The notes below the pieces were generated by a model that worked only from the letters and a program-made list of their open reading frames with translations, did no database searches and was not told the origin of the DNA. The translations under genes were made by a program, and so were the position numbers. Below, piece by piece: positions 1 to 10,564 of a stretch of 32,179 nt of DNA (within the stretch, counting starts at the first letter, position 1; each line of letters opens with the position of its first letter). Location: contig NC_068982.1 of NCBI RefSeq assembly GCF_001194135.2, positions 17,113,894 to 17,146,072 of the forward strand, read 5' to 3'. Origin of the DNA: Octopus bimaculoides (Eukaryota).

Positions 1-337
1 TATACATATACATATATATATATATATATATCTGAATGTACGTTGAGAGATTGTCTTAGCCCGTTTGCCTTCGGGCGGTTGATTTCTATAGTTATCATCA
101 GTATATTTTGGCGATTTAAATGAGAGTTTTGACTATTATTTCCAGCTGGTAGACATACTTAGTATGTCCTTTGATTAATTTTAACCTTTCAGCTATTCAA
201 TGCTTTTTTGGGGCCTACAATCGCCTATATTATTGATTCTGTTATTATCGTTTTTATATTGTTACTAGATTATAACAGAGTTAATGATATATTCGTAAAT
301 TATTTTTTCGTGAATTATTTGCTCCGTATTAAAATTA

Positions 338-645
338 TATATATGCCCACAGAAGTACGTGGGGTGCACTGGGAACTTTCTCAAACAGCGTATTTTCAAT
401 CATCTGTCCTCCTTCAGAGTCCCGAAGAGGTGATACGTGACATCGCTGGCCAGCCATATCTGGCAATTACGAGACGAGGAGATTCCATACTCGATCGCAT
501 GGAAAATACACGAAAACCCAGGCCCCTACATAAACGGGACGAAACGGTGCAGGTTATGCATTGCTGAACGCACGGGGATCCATAAAGACTCGCTTGTGCC
601 AGGGGGAATCCTGAACTCCAGGATTCTGATTATTTCAAAGCGTTT
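338..645 (+). mobile_element. Penelope-like retroelement, GIY-YIG endonuclease C-terminal fragment (one in-frame stop)
   Basis: Frame reads KYVGCTGNFLKQRIFNHLSSFR..*..TSLASHIWQL..YSIAWKI..PYINGTKRCRLCIAE..ILNSR, typical of PLE GIY-YIG ends (YIG.T...K.R...H..SF; C.LC..E; LN.R). Confidence 0.8.
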
Positions 646-810
646 ACAGTGCTTTTTATACTTTGATACTGGTGATACGTTTCCATCTTCAGTCTCTGAC
701 TCCTTACAAAGTTTGTAGAAGAAAGATCTGACAACTTTTAAAAATCGAGATATTTCTAAATCGGTATGCTCAGTCTTTATAACCACAACAACTGCATGTG
801 TGTGTGTGTG

Positions 811-1628
811 CAGGAATGTCTGTGTGGTAAGTAGCTTGCTTACCGACCACATGGTTCTAGGTTCAGCCCCACTGTGTGGCCCTTTGGTCAAGTGTCTTCT
901 ACTATAGTCACGGGCCGACCAAAGTATTGTGAGTGGATTTGGTAAGCGGTAACTGAAAGAAGCCCGTCGTATATATATATNNNNNNNNNNNNNNNNNNNN
1001 NNNNNNNNNNNNNNNNNNNNNNNNNNNNNNNNNNNNNNNNNNNNNNNNNNNNNNNNNNNNNNNNNNNNNNNNNNNNNNNNNNNNNNNNNNNNNNNNNNNN
1101 NNNNNNNNNNNNNNNNNNNNNNNNNNNNNNNNNNNNNNNNNNNNNNNNNNNNNNNNNNNNNNNNNNNNNNNNNNNNNNNNNNNNNNNNNNNNNNNNNNNN
1201 NNNNNNNNNNNNNNNNNNNNNNNNNNNNNNNNNNNNNNNNNNNNNNNNNNNNNNNNNNNNNNNNNNNNNNNNNNNNNNNNNNNNNNNNNNNNNNNNNNNN
1301 NNNNNNNNNNNNNNNNNNNNNNNNNNNNNNNNNNNNNNNNNNNNNNNNNNNNNNNNNNNNNNNNNNNNNNNNNNNNNNNNNNNNNNNNNNNNNNNNNNNN
1401 NNNNNNNNNNNNNNNNNNNNNNNNNNNNNNNNNNNNNNNNNNNNNNNNNNNNNNNNNNNNNNNNNNNNNNNNNNNNNNNNNNNNNNNNNNNNNNNNNNNN
1501 NNNNNNNNNNNNNNNNNNNNNNNNNNNNNNNNNNNNNNNNNNNNNNNNNNNNNNNNNNNNNNNNNNNNNNNNNNNNNNNNNNNNNNNNNNNNNNNNNNNN
1601 NNNNNNNNNNNNNNNNNNNNNNNNNNNN

Positions 1629-1674
<46 letters not shown>

Positions 1675-1886
1675 ATATTTGTGTGTCTGTGTTTGTCCCC
1701 CCCCCCAAACATCGCTTGACAACCGATGCTGGTGTGTTTACGTCCCCGTAATATAACGGTTCGGCAAGCGACCGATAGAATAAGTTCTAGGCTTGCAAAG
1801 AATAAGTCTTGGGGTCGATTTTCTCGACTAAAGGCGATGTTCCAGTATGGCCGCCGTGAAATGACTGAAACAAGTAAAAGAATAAA
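811..1886 (+). mobile_element. tRNA/CORE-type SINE (family 1) with internal microsatellite, spanning an N gap
   Basis: Head tgtgtggtaagtagcttgct...ggttcagcccc and CORE-like cctttggtcaagtgtc, then (AT)n/gap, then tail ending tgactgaaacaagtaaaag. More than 10 related copies in the window. Confidence 0.85.
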
Positions 1887-2278
1887 ATGTATATACATGT
1901 GTGTGTGTTGTTTGCAAGTCTGCACTCGTTAATTCTTTTGGTTGGTTTCGGTCATTGACCTGAATCCATACGAATCACTTAATAGTTTTCAGTTGGTTAT
2001 ATTATAGTATATTAAATTATATATTGACACTGAGGGCCATAATGTTTTGCACAGACACATACACAAACATATGACATCTACCCATATGTGTGTATGCGCG
2101 AACGCGCATGTGTCAGCCTGTATTGTAGACGTATAAACATGTTAAATTGTTTCTCCGTGGATAAGATAGATGTGTGTGTGTGCGCGCGTGCGTGCGTGTG
2201 TACGCGCGTGCGTGTGTGTGCGAGTGAGCGTATACGTGTGCGTGTGTGTGTGTACGCGCTTGTGCGTGTCCGCTTGTG

Positions 2279-2375
2279 TGTGTCTTCTACTTTAGCCTCG
2301 GGCCGACCAAAGCCTTTTGATTGGATTTGGTAGAAAGAAACTGAAAGAAGCCCGCCATATATATATATATATATC

Positions 2376-2408
<33 letters not shown>

Positions 2409-3458
2409 TGGGAGAATATACAAAAAATAACAACAGACGAGGACAGGTGGTGTAAATAACAAAAGTATATATTNNNNNNNNNNNNNNNNNNNNNNNNNNN
2501 NNNNNNNNNNNNNNNNNNNNNNNNNNNNNNNNNNNNNNNNNNNNNNNNNNNNNNNNNNNNNNNNNNNNNNNNNNNNNNNNNNNNNNNNNNNNNNNNNNNN
2601 NNNNNNNNNNNNNNNNNNNNNNNNNNNNNNNNNNNNNNNNNNNNNNNNNNNNNNNNNNNNNNNNNNNNNNNNNNNNNNNNNNNNNNNNNNNNNNNNNNNN
2701 NNNNNNNNNNNNNNNNNNNNNNNNNNNNNNNNNNNNNNNNNNNNNNNNNNNNNNNNNNNNNNNNNNNNNNNNNNNNNNNNNNNNNNNNNNNNNNNNNNNN
2801 NNNNNNNNNNNNNNNNNNNNNNNNNNNNNNNNNNNNNNNNNNNNNNNNNNNNNNNNNNNNNNNNNNNNNNNNNNNNNNNNNNNNNNNNNNNNNNNNNNNN
2901 NNNNNNNNNNNNNNNNNNNNNNNNNNNNNNNNNNNNNNNNNNNNNNNNNNNNNNNNNNNNNNNNNNNNNNNNNNNNNNNNNNNNNNNNNNNNNNNNNNNN
3001 NNNNNNNNNNNNNNNNNNNNNNNNNNNNNNNNNNNNNNNNNNNNNNNNNNNNNNNNNNNNNNNNNNNNNNNNNNNNNNNNNNNNNNNNNNNNNNNNNNNN
3101 NNNNNNNNNNNNNNNNNNNNNNNNNNNNNNNNNNNNNNNNNNNNNNNNNNNNNNNNNNNNNNNNNNNNNNNNNNNNNNNNNNNNNNNNNNNNNNNNNNNN
3201 NNNNNNNNNNNNNNNNNNNNNNNNNNNNNNNNNNNNNNNNNNNNNNNNNNNNNNNNNNNNNNNNNNNNNNNNNNNNNNNNNNNNNNNNNNNAGAGTAAGA
3301 GAGTAAGAGTGTAGAGAGTAAGAGTGAGAGAGGGGGGAGTACGAGAGAAGAGAGTAAGAGAGAGGAGAGAAAGAGTAGGGGTGAAGAGAAGTGGGAGTGG
3401 AGAGAAGTATGAAGAGAGGTGAAGAGACGTACAAAGAAGTAGGAGTCGGAGCAGGAGG

Positions 3459-3493
<35 letters not shown>

Positions 3494-3825
3494 AGTTCAA
3501 AAAACAATAACAAAAAAAACCAACAAAGTGAGGACGTGATACGGATAGTGTTATTGGACGCTCAGGAAAGGAAAGAGAGAGTGCATGACGTTTCGGGCGT
3601 AGCCCTTCGTCGATATATATATATATATATTTATGCATGTGTCTTTGTGTCTCTATTTGTCCCCGCCCCCACCACTATCGCTTTACGTCCCCGCAACCTA
3701 GCGGTTCGACAAAAGAAAACTGATAGAATAAATACCAGGCTTACAAAGAATAAGTCCTAGGGTCGATCTCTCGACTAAAAGGCGGTGATCCAGCATAGCT
3801 GCCGTCAAACGACTGAAACAAATGC
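2279..3825 (+). mobile_element. Family-1 SINE head (2279-2357) and tail (about 3636-3825) separated by (AT)n tracts, a gap and Penelope-LTR-like inserts
   Basis: Head and tail are both + oriented and match other copies; foreign segments at 2410-2473, 3292-3458 and 3494-3613 are bounded by (AT)n tracts or the gap. Confidence 0.6.
3586..3613 (-). ncRNA. Minimal type I hammerhead-ribozyme-like motif (degenerate), PLE-associated
   Basis: Minus strand reads tCGACGA-agggc-tac-gccc-GAAAC-GTC-a: core-like 5' box (CUGA altered), stem II, GAAAC and a GUC cleavage triplet. Confidence 0.55.
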
Positions 3826-4175
3826 AATAATATATTTATCTGCACCTGTTACTTTGCCTCCCTCTCCCCCCATTTCTGTTCTCCTTTCGTCTTCTTTTCT
3901 CCCCACTTTCTCTCTATTTGTTCCATCTTCCTCTTTTCTTTCTCTGTTTTGATTTTTTTTCTCCCACCTCGCATATATTTTCTTCTCCTCACGCCTTTGC
4001 TTTTTTCTCCCCACACTTTTTGAATTTTTCCTTCCCACGTTTAATTTCCTCCCCACGTTTAATTTCCTCCCCACGTTTTTTTTTTTCTTTTTCGTACTGT
4101 CATACCAGACTACAAATCTTTCCTCCTCACTCTTCACAACCGCCTAAAACAACACTTCCGCACACTTCCTTCTCA

Positions 4176-4720
4176 ATGCTTTCAACCTTCCCTTAAACTT
4201 TCATTACTTATTAACAAAAAAAACTCGTTTCTCTAGCCACATTTCGTTTCTCAGTTGCTGCTTACATCACCGCCTCATCCCTAAAGGTTTCCGCCTCCAT
4301 TTCCACCTCAATCTCCACTCTGCTACAACCATCCTACCCATACTCCGTACTACATCCTACCGCCTTATGCGTGCCACCATTCGCTCCAATCTCTCTAAAA
4401 TCCATACCATCGACCGCCTTCTCCCTCCGGCTTTTTCCATCTTGTTCTCCTCTCTGTCGCCCTCCCATGCTCACAACACGTTGCGTTATATCATTCATTT
4501 AAATCATCTCTTTCATCAATTTCTTGCCGACACCAAACTTCATAAATTTCACTCACTCCTCCATTCCATCACACCCGATGCCACTACCCCAACCCCTCCA
4601 CTACCCTTCTCCCTCCCTGATACGCTCCCCCCACACCCAACTGCCCTGTCCCTCCAACCCTCCCTCACGCATACGCCCCATCCTCTCCTTCCCAGTTTGT
4701 ATTGTGTGGGTTTATAGGAA
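4176..4720 (+). mobile_element. Penelope-like element ORF N-terminal fragment
   Basis: Reads TRFSSHISFLSCCLHHRLIPKGFRLHF...SYRLMRATIRS...HQFLADTKLHKF, resembling the H..FL..C....IPKGF motif at the start of PLE ORFs (recalled). Confidence 0.65.
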
Positions 4721-4735
4721 GTTATTGGTCTAGAG

Positions 4736-4930
4736 CAGCGCTTCTTAAACTTTTTTCATTCATGAGCCCATTTTTCATCATGAGATTTTTCGCGACGCCA
4801 GGTATTAAATAAGACGTATCACATTAAATATTGTGCCTTTGTGAAATAACATATAAACTGAAATTCCAGTTTTTAACTTAATGTCCGCAACCCCATTTGG
4901 AGTCACGACCAATAGTTTAAGAACTGTTTG
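4736..4930. mobile_element. hAT/Charlie-type MITE
   Basis: Ends cagcgcttcttaaact ... agtttaagaactgtttg; flanks gtctagag / gtctagta resemble the NTCTAGAN Charlie target. Confidence 0.6.
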
Positions 4931-5190
4931 TCTAGTAGAGATTTATTTTGGGTACTTTTTGGTTATCTCATCCCCATTAAAAAACTGCCAATAAAAAATT
5001 GGGTTATCTCCCCACTAAAAAATCGAGTTAATGTAGCAACAAGAGATTGGACTAATAGAGTTAGATCCTTTTGATTCATTACTTCAACACATTGTTGACG
5101 TTTGGCCTCCTCAATAGGCAAGGTATGAGTTGTTATAAAAATGTTATCAGATTCAAAACGATGTTTCATCTTTTCATTTTCTATGTTTAA

Positions 5191-5448
5191 CTCTTTTACT
5201 TGTTTCAGTCATTTGACTGTAGCCATGCTGGAGCACCGCCTTTAGTCGAGCAAATCGAGCCCGGGACTTATTCTTTGTAAGCCTAGTACTTATTCTATCG
5301 GTCAGTTTTGCCGAACCGCTAAGTTACAGGGACGTAAACACACCAGCATCGGTTGTCAAGCGATGTTGGGTGGGAGGGGGCAAACACAGACACACAGACA
5401 TATACACACACATATATATATACGACGGGCTTCTTTCAGTTTCCGTCT
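5191..5448 (-). mobile_element. Family-1 SINE, 5'-truncated
   Basis: ctcttttacttgtttcagtcatttgactg...gacgggcttctttcagtttccgtct matches other copies. Confidence 0.85.
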
Positions 5449-5645
5449 GAATGAACTAAACAGAAATAACTGGCGACTTAAGCCCTGATGTACGTAAAGT
5501 AATAAACCCTTGATAAACGTATTCTCGTCTCCACTCGTTTGTTTGCGTATAGCTTAACAAAGCTATAGCGTGACACTACCTAAGCATCTAGATAAATACA
5601 TAAGGGTGACGCATTTTCCATAGGTATATCCATCTATCAAGAGGT

Positions 5646-5796
<151 letters not shown>

Positions 5797-5812
5797 AGCA
5801 ATGTATTACTAA

Positions 5813-6253
5813 TACAGGTCTTCGACTTACGTCCTATCCGACTTATAACCGATCGACTTTACGACGAGCGGCGCGCCAGCTCCCGGCAGCAATAATAAAT
5901 GATTCAGCTGAAATCTAATGAGTTTAATGTCTTAGAAATTAACCTGTCTACGGATGATGTCAGCTGACAAATGCTTCCCCTATGTTTAGTTATCGATTGT
6001 CACTGTTGGGTAATTATCTTGTCGAGGAGACATCGAGGCAACCTGGTATTTGTTAAAACGACTGTTTGAGACTCCAAAACCTTTAGCTATACATTCTGTA
6101 TAATAGTATAAATACAGAATGTTTTGTGTGACTTTTATCTGAGAATGTACCTTAAGAATGTAAAAATAAAGAACAAAGTTATGTAGGCCAATAGGGTGAC
6201 TTACGACCAGTCAGTCAGAACTAACTGTGGTCGTAAGTCGACGACGACCTGTA
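5813..6253. mobile_element. Tigger/pogo-type MITE with TA target duplication
   Basis: TA-caggtcttcgacttacg ... cgtaagtcgacgacgacctg-TA inverted termini. Confidence 0.75.
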
Positions 6254-6409
6254 TTACTGAAGCAAAATGTATGCATAGCCAAGGGCGGTGAGCTGGCTGA
6301 ATCGTTAGCATTCCGGGTAGAAAGCTTAACAGCATCAATCCGTCTTTACGTTCTAAAATAAATGGAAAACAGGACAAGTAAACACAGAAAAAGGACCCTT
6401 CATCAGTTG

Positions 6410-6454
<45 letters not shown>

Positions 6455-7838
6455 CTTTCCTTGCGGCCATGCTGGGGCACTGCCTTGAAGAAATTTTTCG
6501 TCAAATAAATCTAGCTCGATACTTTTTTTTNNNNNNNNNNNNNNNNNNNNNNNNNNNNNNNNNNNNNNNNNNNNNNNNNNNNNNNNNNNNNNNNNNNNNN
6601 NNNNNNNNNNNNNNNNNNNNNNNNNNNNNNNNNNNNNNNNNNNNNNNNNNNNNNNNNNNNNNNNNNNNNNNNNNNNNNNNNNNNNNNNNNNNNNNNNNNN
6701 NNNNNNNNNNNNNNNNNNNNNNNNNNNNNNNNNNNNNNNNNNNNNNNNNNNNNNNNNNNNNNNNNNNNNNNNNNNNNNNNNNNNNNNNNNNNNNNNNNNN
6801 NNNNNNNNNNNNNNNNNNNNNNNNNNNNNNNNNNNNNNNNNNNNNNNNNNNNNNNNNNNNNNNNNNNNNNNNNNNNNNNNNNNNNNNNNNNNNNNNNNNN
6901 NNNNNNNNNNNNNNNNNNNNNNNNNNNNNNNNNNNNNNNNNNNNNNNNNNNNNNNNNNNNNNNNNNNNNNNNNNNNNNNNNNNNNNNNNNNNNNNNNNNN
7001 NNNNNNNNNNNNNNNNNNNNNNNNNNNNNNNNNNNNNNNNNNNNNNNNNNNNNNNNNNNNNNNNNNNNNNNNNNNNNNNNNNNNNNNNNNNNNNNNNNNN
7101 NNNNNNNNNNNNNNNNNNNNNNNNNNNNNNNNNNNNNNNNNNNNNNNNNNNNNNNNNNNNNNNNNNNNNNNNNNNNNNNNNNNNNNNNNNNNNNNNNNNN
7201 NNNNNNNNNNNNNNNNNNNNNNNNNNNNNNNNNNNNNNNNNNNNNNNNNNNNNNNNNNNNNNNNNNNNNNNNNNNNNNNNNNNNNNNNNNNNNNNNNNNN
7301 NNNNNNNNNNNNNNNNNNNNNNNNNNNNNNNNNNNNNNNNNNNNNNNNNNNNNNNCCCCTTCCACCCTCCCTCACACATATACAGACGTGCCTATTTACA
7401 TATTCAGGAATCCTCCGCGTTACGGAAACAATGCTTTCCTGGAAAAACTTACGAAACGTGAAATCCCGTAGCGCAAATTAATTTTCCCACTGATTTTCAT
7501 GTAATAATTTGATAAAAGGATTTCAACACATTTTCTGGGGTAAAGAAATATGCACTAAAAGATGGGAAAACAAAGCAAGCAATATGACCACCGCTGTGCA
7601 TAAAAATGACAACTACGAATACACAGTACAATATCCATACACAAACATTTTAACACATATACCGTGAAACGTGGTCATCTTGAACAGGTTTAGACTTCTT
7701 ATTGCAATAATTTCATAACCTTCTTATTTCAATCTTAACTAAATTTGACTACGTAAGGCGGGTAAGAAAAGTCAATGAACAGGTTTAAGTGTTATAGCAC
7801 TAAAGAAAATGTCACGCAGTTATCAGTAAGTCACATTT

Positions 7839-8032
7839 TATTGGGTTGTCCGGAAAGTCCGTGCCGATTTATAGTAGCTTACCTTTCGATTTATTTGCCA
7901 TGAAATCACCTCAATTCTGTCTGGGAAGAGGGTATTTTCAAGTTAAAGGAAAGATGGAGACGTATTGTGCAACAAAATGGTTCATATTTGGTTGATTAAA
8001 AATGTAATGGCAAGTATTTATTGACCTTTTTC
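7839..8032 (+). mobile_element. Internally deleted mariner remnant
   Basis: TA-ttgggttgtccggaaagtccgtgccgattt terminus followed by WEEGIFKLKERWRRIVQQNGSYLVD*, a mariner transposase C-terminus. The other TIR was not found. Confidence 0.7.
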
Positions 8033-8909
8033 GGATCTTTTTGGTTTGACGGGCAACACTTGTTTTCTTAACGAAACACTTTCAAACTTAGGATACTGGT
8101 AGAATGTGTCATATAAGACATCTTTTTCTCTTAGCCTTCTTAACAAAAATTAGTTCTTAATAAGTTATTTCATGTTAAAGTTGTCGTATTTCTGTAATTT
8201 CAACCAATCACTGACGTCTATTCAGCTGAATACAGTTACTNNNNNNNNNNNNNNNNNNNNNNNNNNNNNNNNNNNNNNNNNNNNNNNNNNNNNNNNNNNN
8301 NNNNNNNNNNNNNNNNNNNNNNNNNNNNNNNNNNNNNNNNNNNNNNNNNNNNNNNNNNNNNNNNNNNNNNNNNNNNNNNNNNNNNNNNNNNNNNNNNNNN
8401 NNNNNNNNNNNNNNNNNNNNNNNNNNNNNNNNNNNNNNNNNNNNNNNNNNNNNNNNNNNNNNNNNNNNNNNNNNNNNNNNNNNNNNNCTAACCTTAACTC
8501 TAAAACCCGAACCCTACCCCTAAAACCCTAAAGCTAAAACCAGTACAAACGCACGAACGATGTCATAAATAACAGTGACAAACGAAATATATACCGCTGA
8601 TAGTTGTTGTTGACAACGGATATTTGTTGTTGACAAACAACGGCACTAATTTTATTCAAGGGAAAAGATCCCATGACACCGTTGTTTACATTCCACGCCA
8701 TTAATTGTTTTCACCTCAATAGACGTCAGTGATTGGTTGAAATTACCGAACTACGACAATTTTTTACATGAAATAACTTCGAATACAAAAATTTTTATCT
8801 GTTCTATAATACAAAATATACAAGTATACGAAGTTTGAAAGTGTTTCGGTACCAAAAACACTACATAAAACATTAATGAAAAATGTTGCCCGTCAAACCA
8901 AAACGATCC
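8033..8909. mobile_element. Fold-back DNA element with about 200-bp imperfect inverted arms and internal telomere-like repeats
   Basis: ggatctttttggtttgacgggcaaca versus tgttgcccgtcaaaccaaaacgatcc; inner arms aatttcaaccaatcactgacgtctatt versus aatagacgtcagtgattggttgaaatt. Confidence 0.75.
8488..8535 (+). repeat. Degenerate (CCCTAA)n-like interstitial telomeric-type repeat abutting an N gap
   Basis: ctaaccttaactctaaaacccgaaccctacccctaaaaccctaaagctaaaacc. Confidence 0.55.
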
Positions 8910-8994
8910 CACCTCTTTAATTCTAAGGGTGAAATATTGTCCATAGATAAGAGAAACATTTAAAAATCTTAAATACCTTACTTGTATTGGGCTG

Positions 8995-9111
8995 TAGGGT
9001 AGAATTCGTGACAGACGAACTGTAGACAGAAACTTTTGCTACTGGCCAACTTCCTAGCTAGTCCGCAGCGAAGTTTCTGTCTACAGTTCATCTGTCACGA
9101 ATTCTGCCCTA
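8995..9111. mobile_element. 117-bp palindromic MITE
   Basis: 41-bp arms tagggtagaattcgtgacagacgaactgtagacagaaactt, 39/41 inverted match, TA at both ends. Confidence 0.8.
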
Positions 9112-9737
9112 TAGGGCACTATTAATTAGTTTGAACTGTAGTAGCAGCTTGCTTACTGCCGGGTTACTACTTTAAACGGCGTTCAAAGTAACCTTGCTGG
9201 ATAATCAAGGACGTGGGGGGGATATCTCATACAAATTTTTACAAATATACCAAAGTTATAAAAAGACTTCAATAGAAAATTAGTAACTAGTTATATTAGC
9301 AACATATTTTAACAAAAGCTTGTATCTTTTTTATACCAGAAGTGCTTTAGCTACTGACAAAAGTATTCATATCTTGCAAAAATTCTTGCTTTGCTGGAAT
9401 TTGAAGAAGTTGACAAATTCTTTCTTTGAGTGGATAATCAACAACACATTTAAACAATTCTTTAAGAAATTTTAGTAACAAGCAATAAGAGGAAACAAAA
9501 TATTTTATTTTGTTCAAAGTAACCCCGTTTCACGGTACGCTAAGGAATAAATAAATTGTTGACTACTGTGTGAAGGATAGCAGCGGTGGAATGTGAAAAT
9601 TACTAGAACGAGGGGCACTATCTTCTGCTTTACAGTTGATCATCATCAACATCTATTTGAAATTTATGATACATCATTTTTTTTATATATATATATACAG
9701 CTCAGTTTAGGAACTGGCTATATTGTAAACTTCTCAT

Positions 9738-9882
9738 CACTAGCGTTGCTAGAGTGTGTGCCATCCGGGACGACCCTTCCGTTTGCCGGACCCCACAAAA
9801 AAACCATATTGCCTACAGCAGACCCATAAGTGCCGCCTGGGGCGGACTGCCTCTACCACCCCACCCCTTTGCTACGCTAGTG
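9738..9882. mobile_element. hAT MITE with perfect 8-bp target-site duplication
   Basis: TIR CACTAGCGTTGC versus CACTAGCGTAGC (11/12); CTTCTCAT duplicated at 9730-9737 and 9883-9890. Confidence 0.88.
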
Positions 9883-10160
9883 CTTCTCATGGAATTTTTA
9901 TGCTATGTTCACCATTAGCGTTTTTATTAGTAAAAACATGCAGACCTTCCTCTCTTCGTGCTACTAACTCTTTAGCAATATTCTTTGTAGTTAATTTAAA
10001 TGGAATTGGTGGCATTTCCATATTCTCATATGTATTTCAAGCTTGCTCTTGTTCTAACGATCAGCCCTTCTTGGATAAACCTCTCCATGAGACACTTAGC
10101 AATATATCTACATCATCTATGACTTCTTCAAACCTTACATCGTTTACGAGGGTTACAATA

Positions 10161-10392
10161 TATTTCTTTGCTGCCCACAAGGGGCTAAACATAGAGGGGA
10201 CAAACAAGGACAGACTAAGGGATTAAGTCGATTACATCGACCCCAGTGCGTAACTGGTACTTAACTTATCGACCCCGAAAGGATGAAAGGCAAAGTCGAC
10301 CTCGGCAGAATTTGAACTCAGAACGTAACGGCAGACGAAATATTGCTAAGCATTTTGCCCGGCACGCTAACGTTTCTGCCAGCTCGCCGCCT
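10161..10392 (-). mobile_element. tRNA-derived SINE family 2
   Basis: Minus head aaggcggcgagctggcagaaacgttagc...gttctgagttcaaattc. Related copies at about 6282-6400, 14085-14215, 16229-16432, 21060-21180, 28277-28500 and 30540-30780. Confidence 0.85.
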
Positions 10393-10564
10393 TATATGTG
10401 CGTGTTTCTGTTTGTTTCTCTACTGCTTGAGAGCAGGTGTTGGTCTGTTTATGTCCCCGTAATTTGTGGTGCGTCAAAAGAGAGCGTCAAACTAAGTACC
10501 TGGAGCAAAGATTTGTATCCTTGCGGATATATTCTATTCTCACATTATGAGAAAGTTCGTTTAA

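Larger units (their letters stand above)
7660..9537. mobile_element. Tc1/mariner-superfamily (pogo/Tc2-like) non-autonomous element hosting nested insertions
   Basis: Left TACCGTGAAACGTGGTCATCTTGAACA versus reverse complement of right end TACCGTGAAACGGGGTTACTTTGAACA (23/27, including TA). Confidence 0.7.

Noticed and set aside
676-692. Minus-strand CTGAAGA-tg-GAAACGTA hammerhead-like core after the GIY-YIG fragment
   Set aside because: Stem II is absent (2 nt), so it cannot fold as a hammerhead; at best a deleted relic.
8488-8535. True chromosome-end telomere
   Set aside because: Short, degenerate and enclosed by the inverted arms of a transposon in mid-scaffold.
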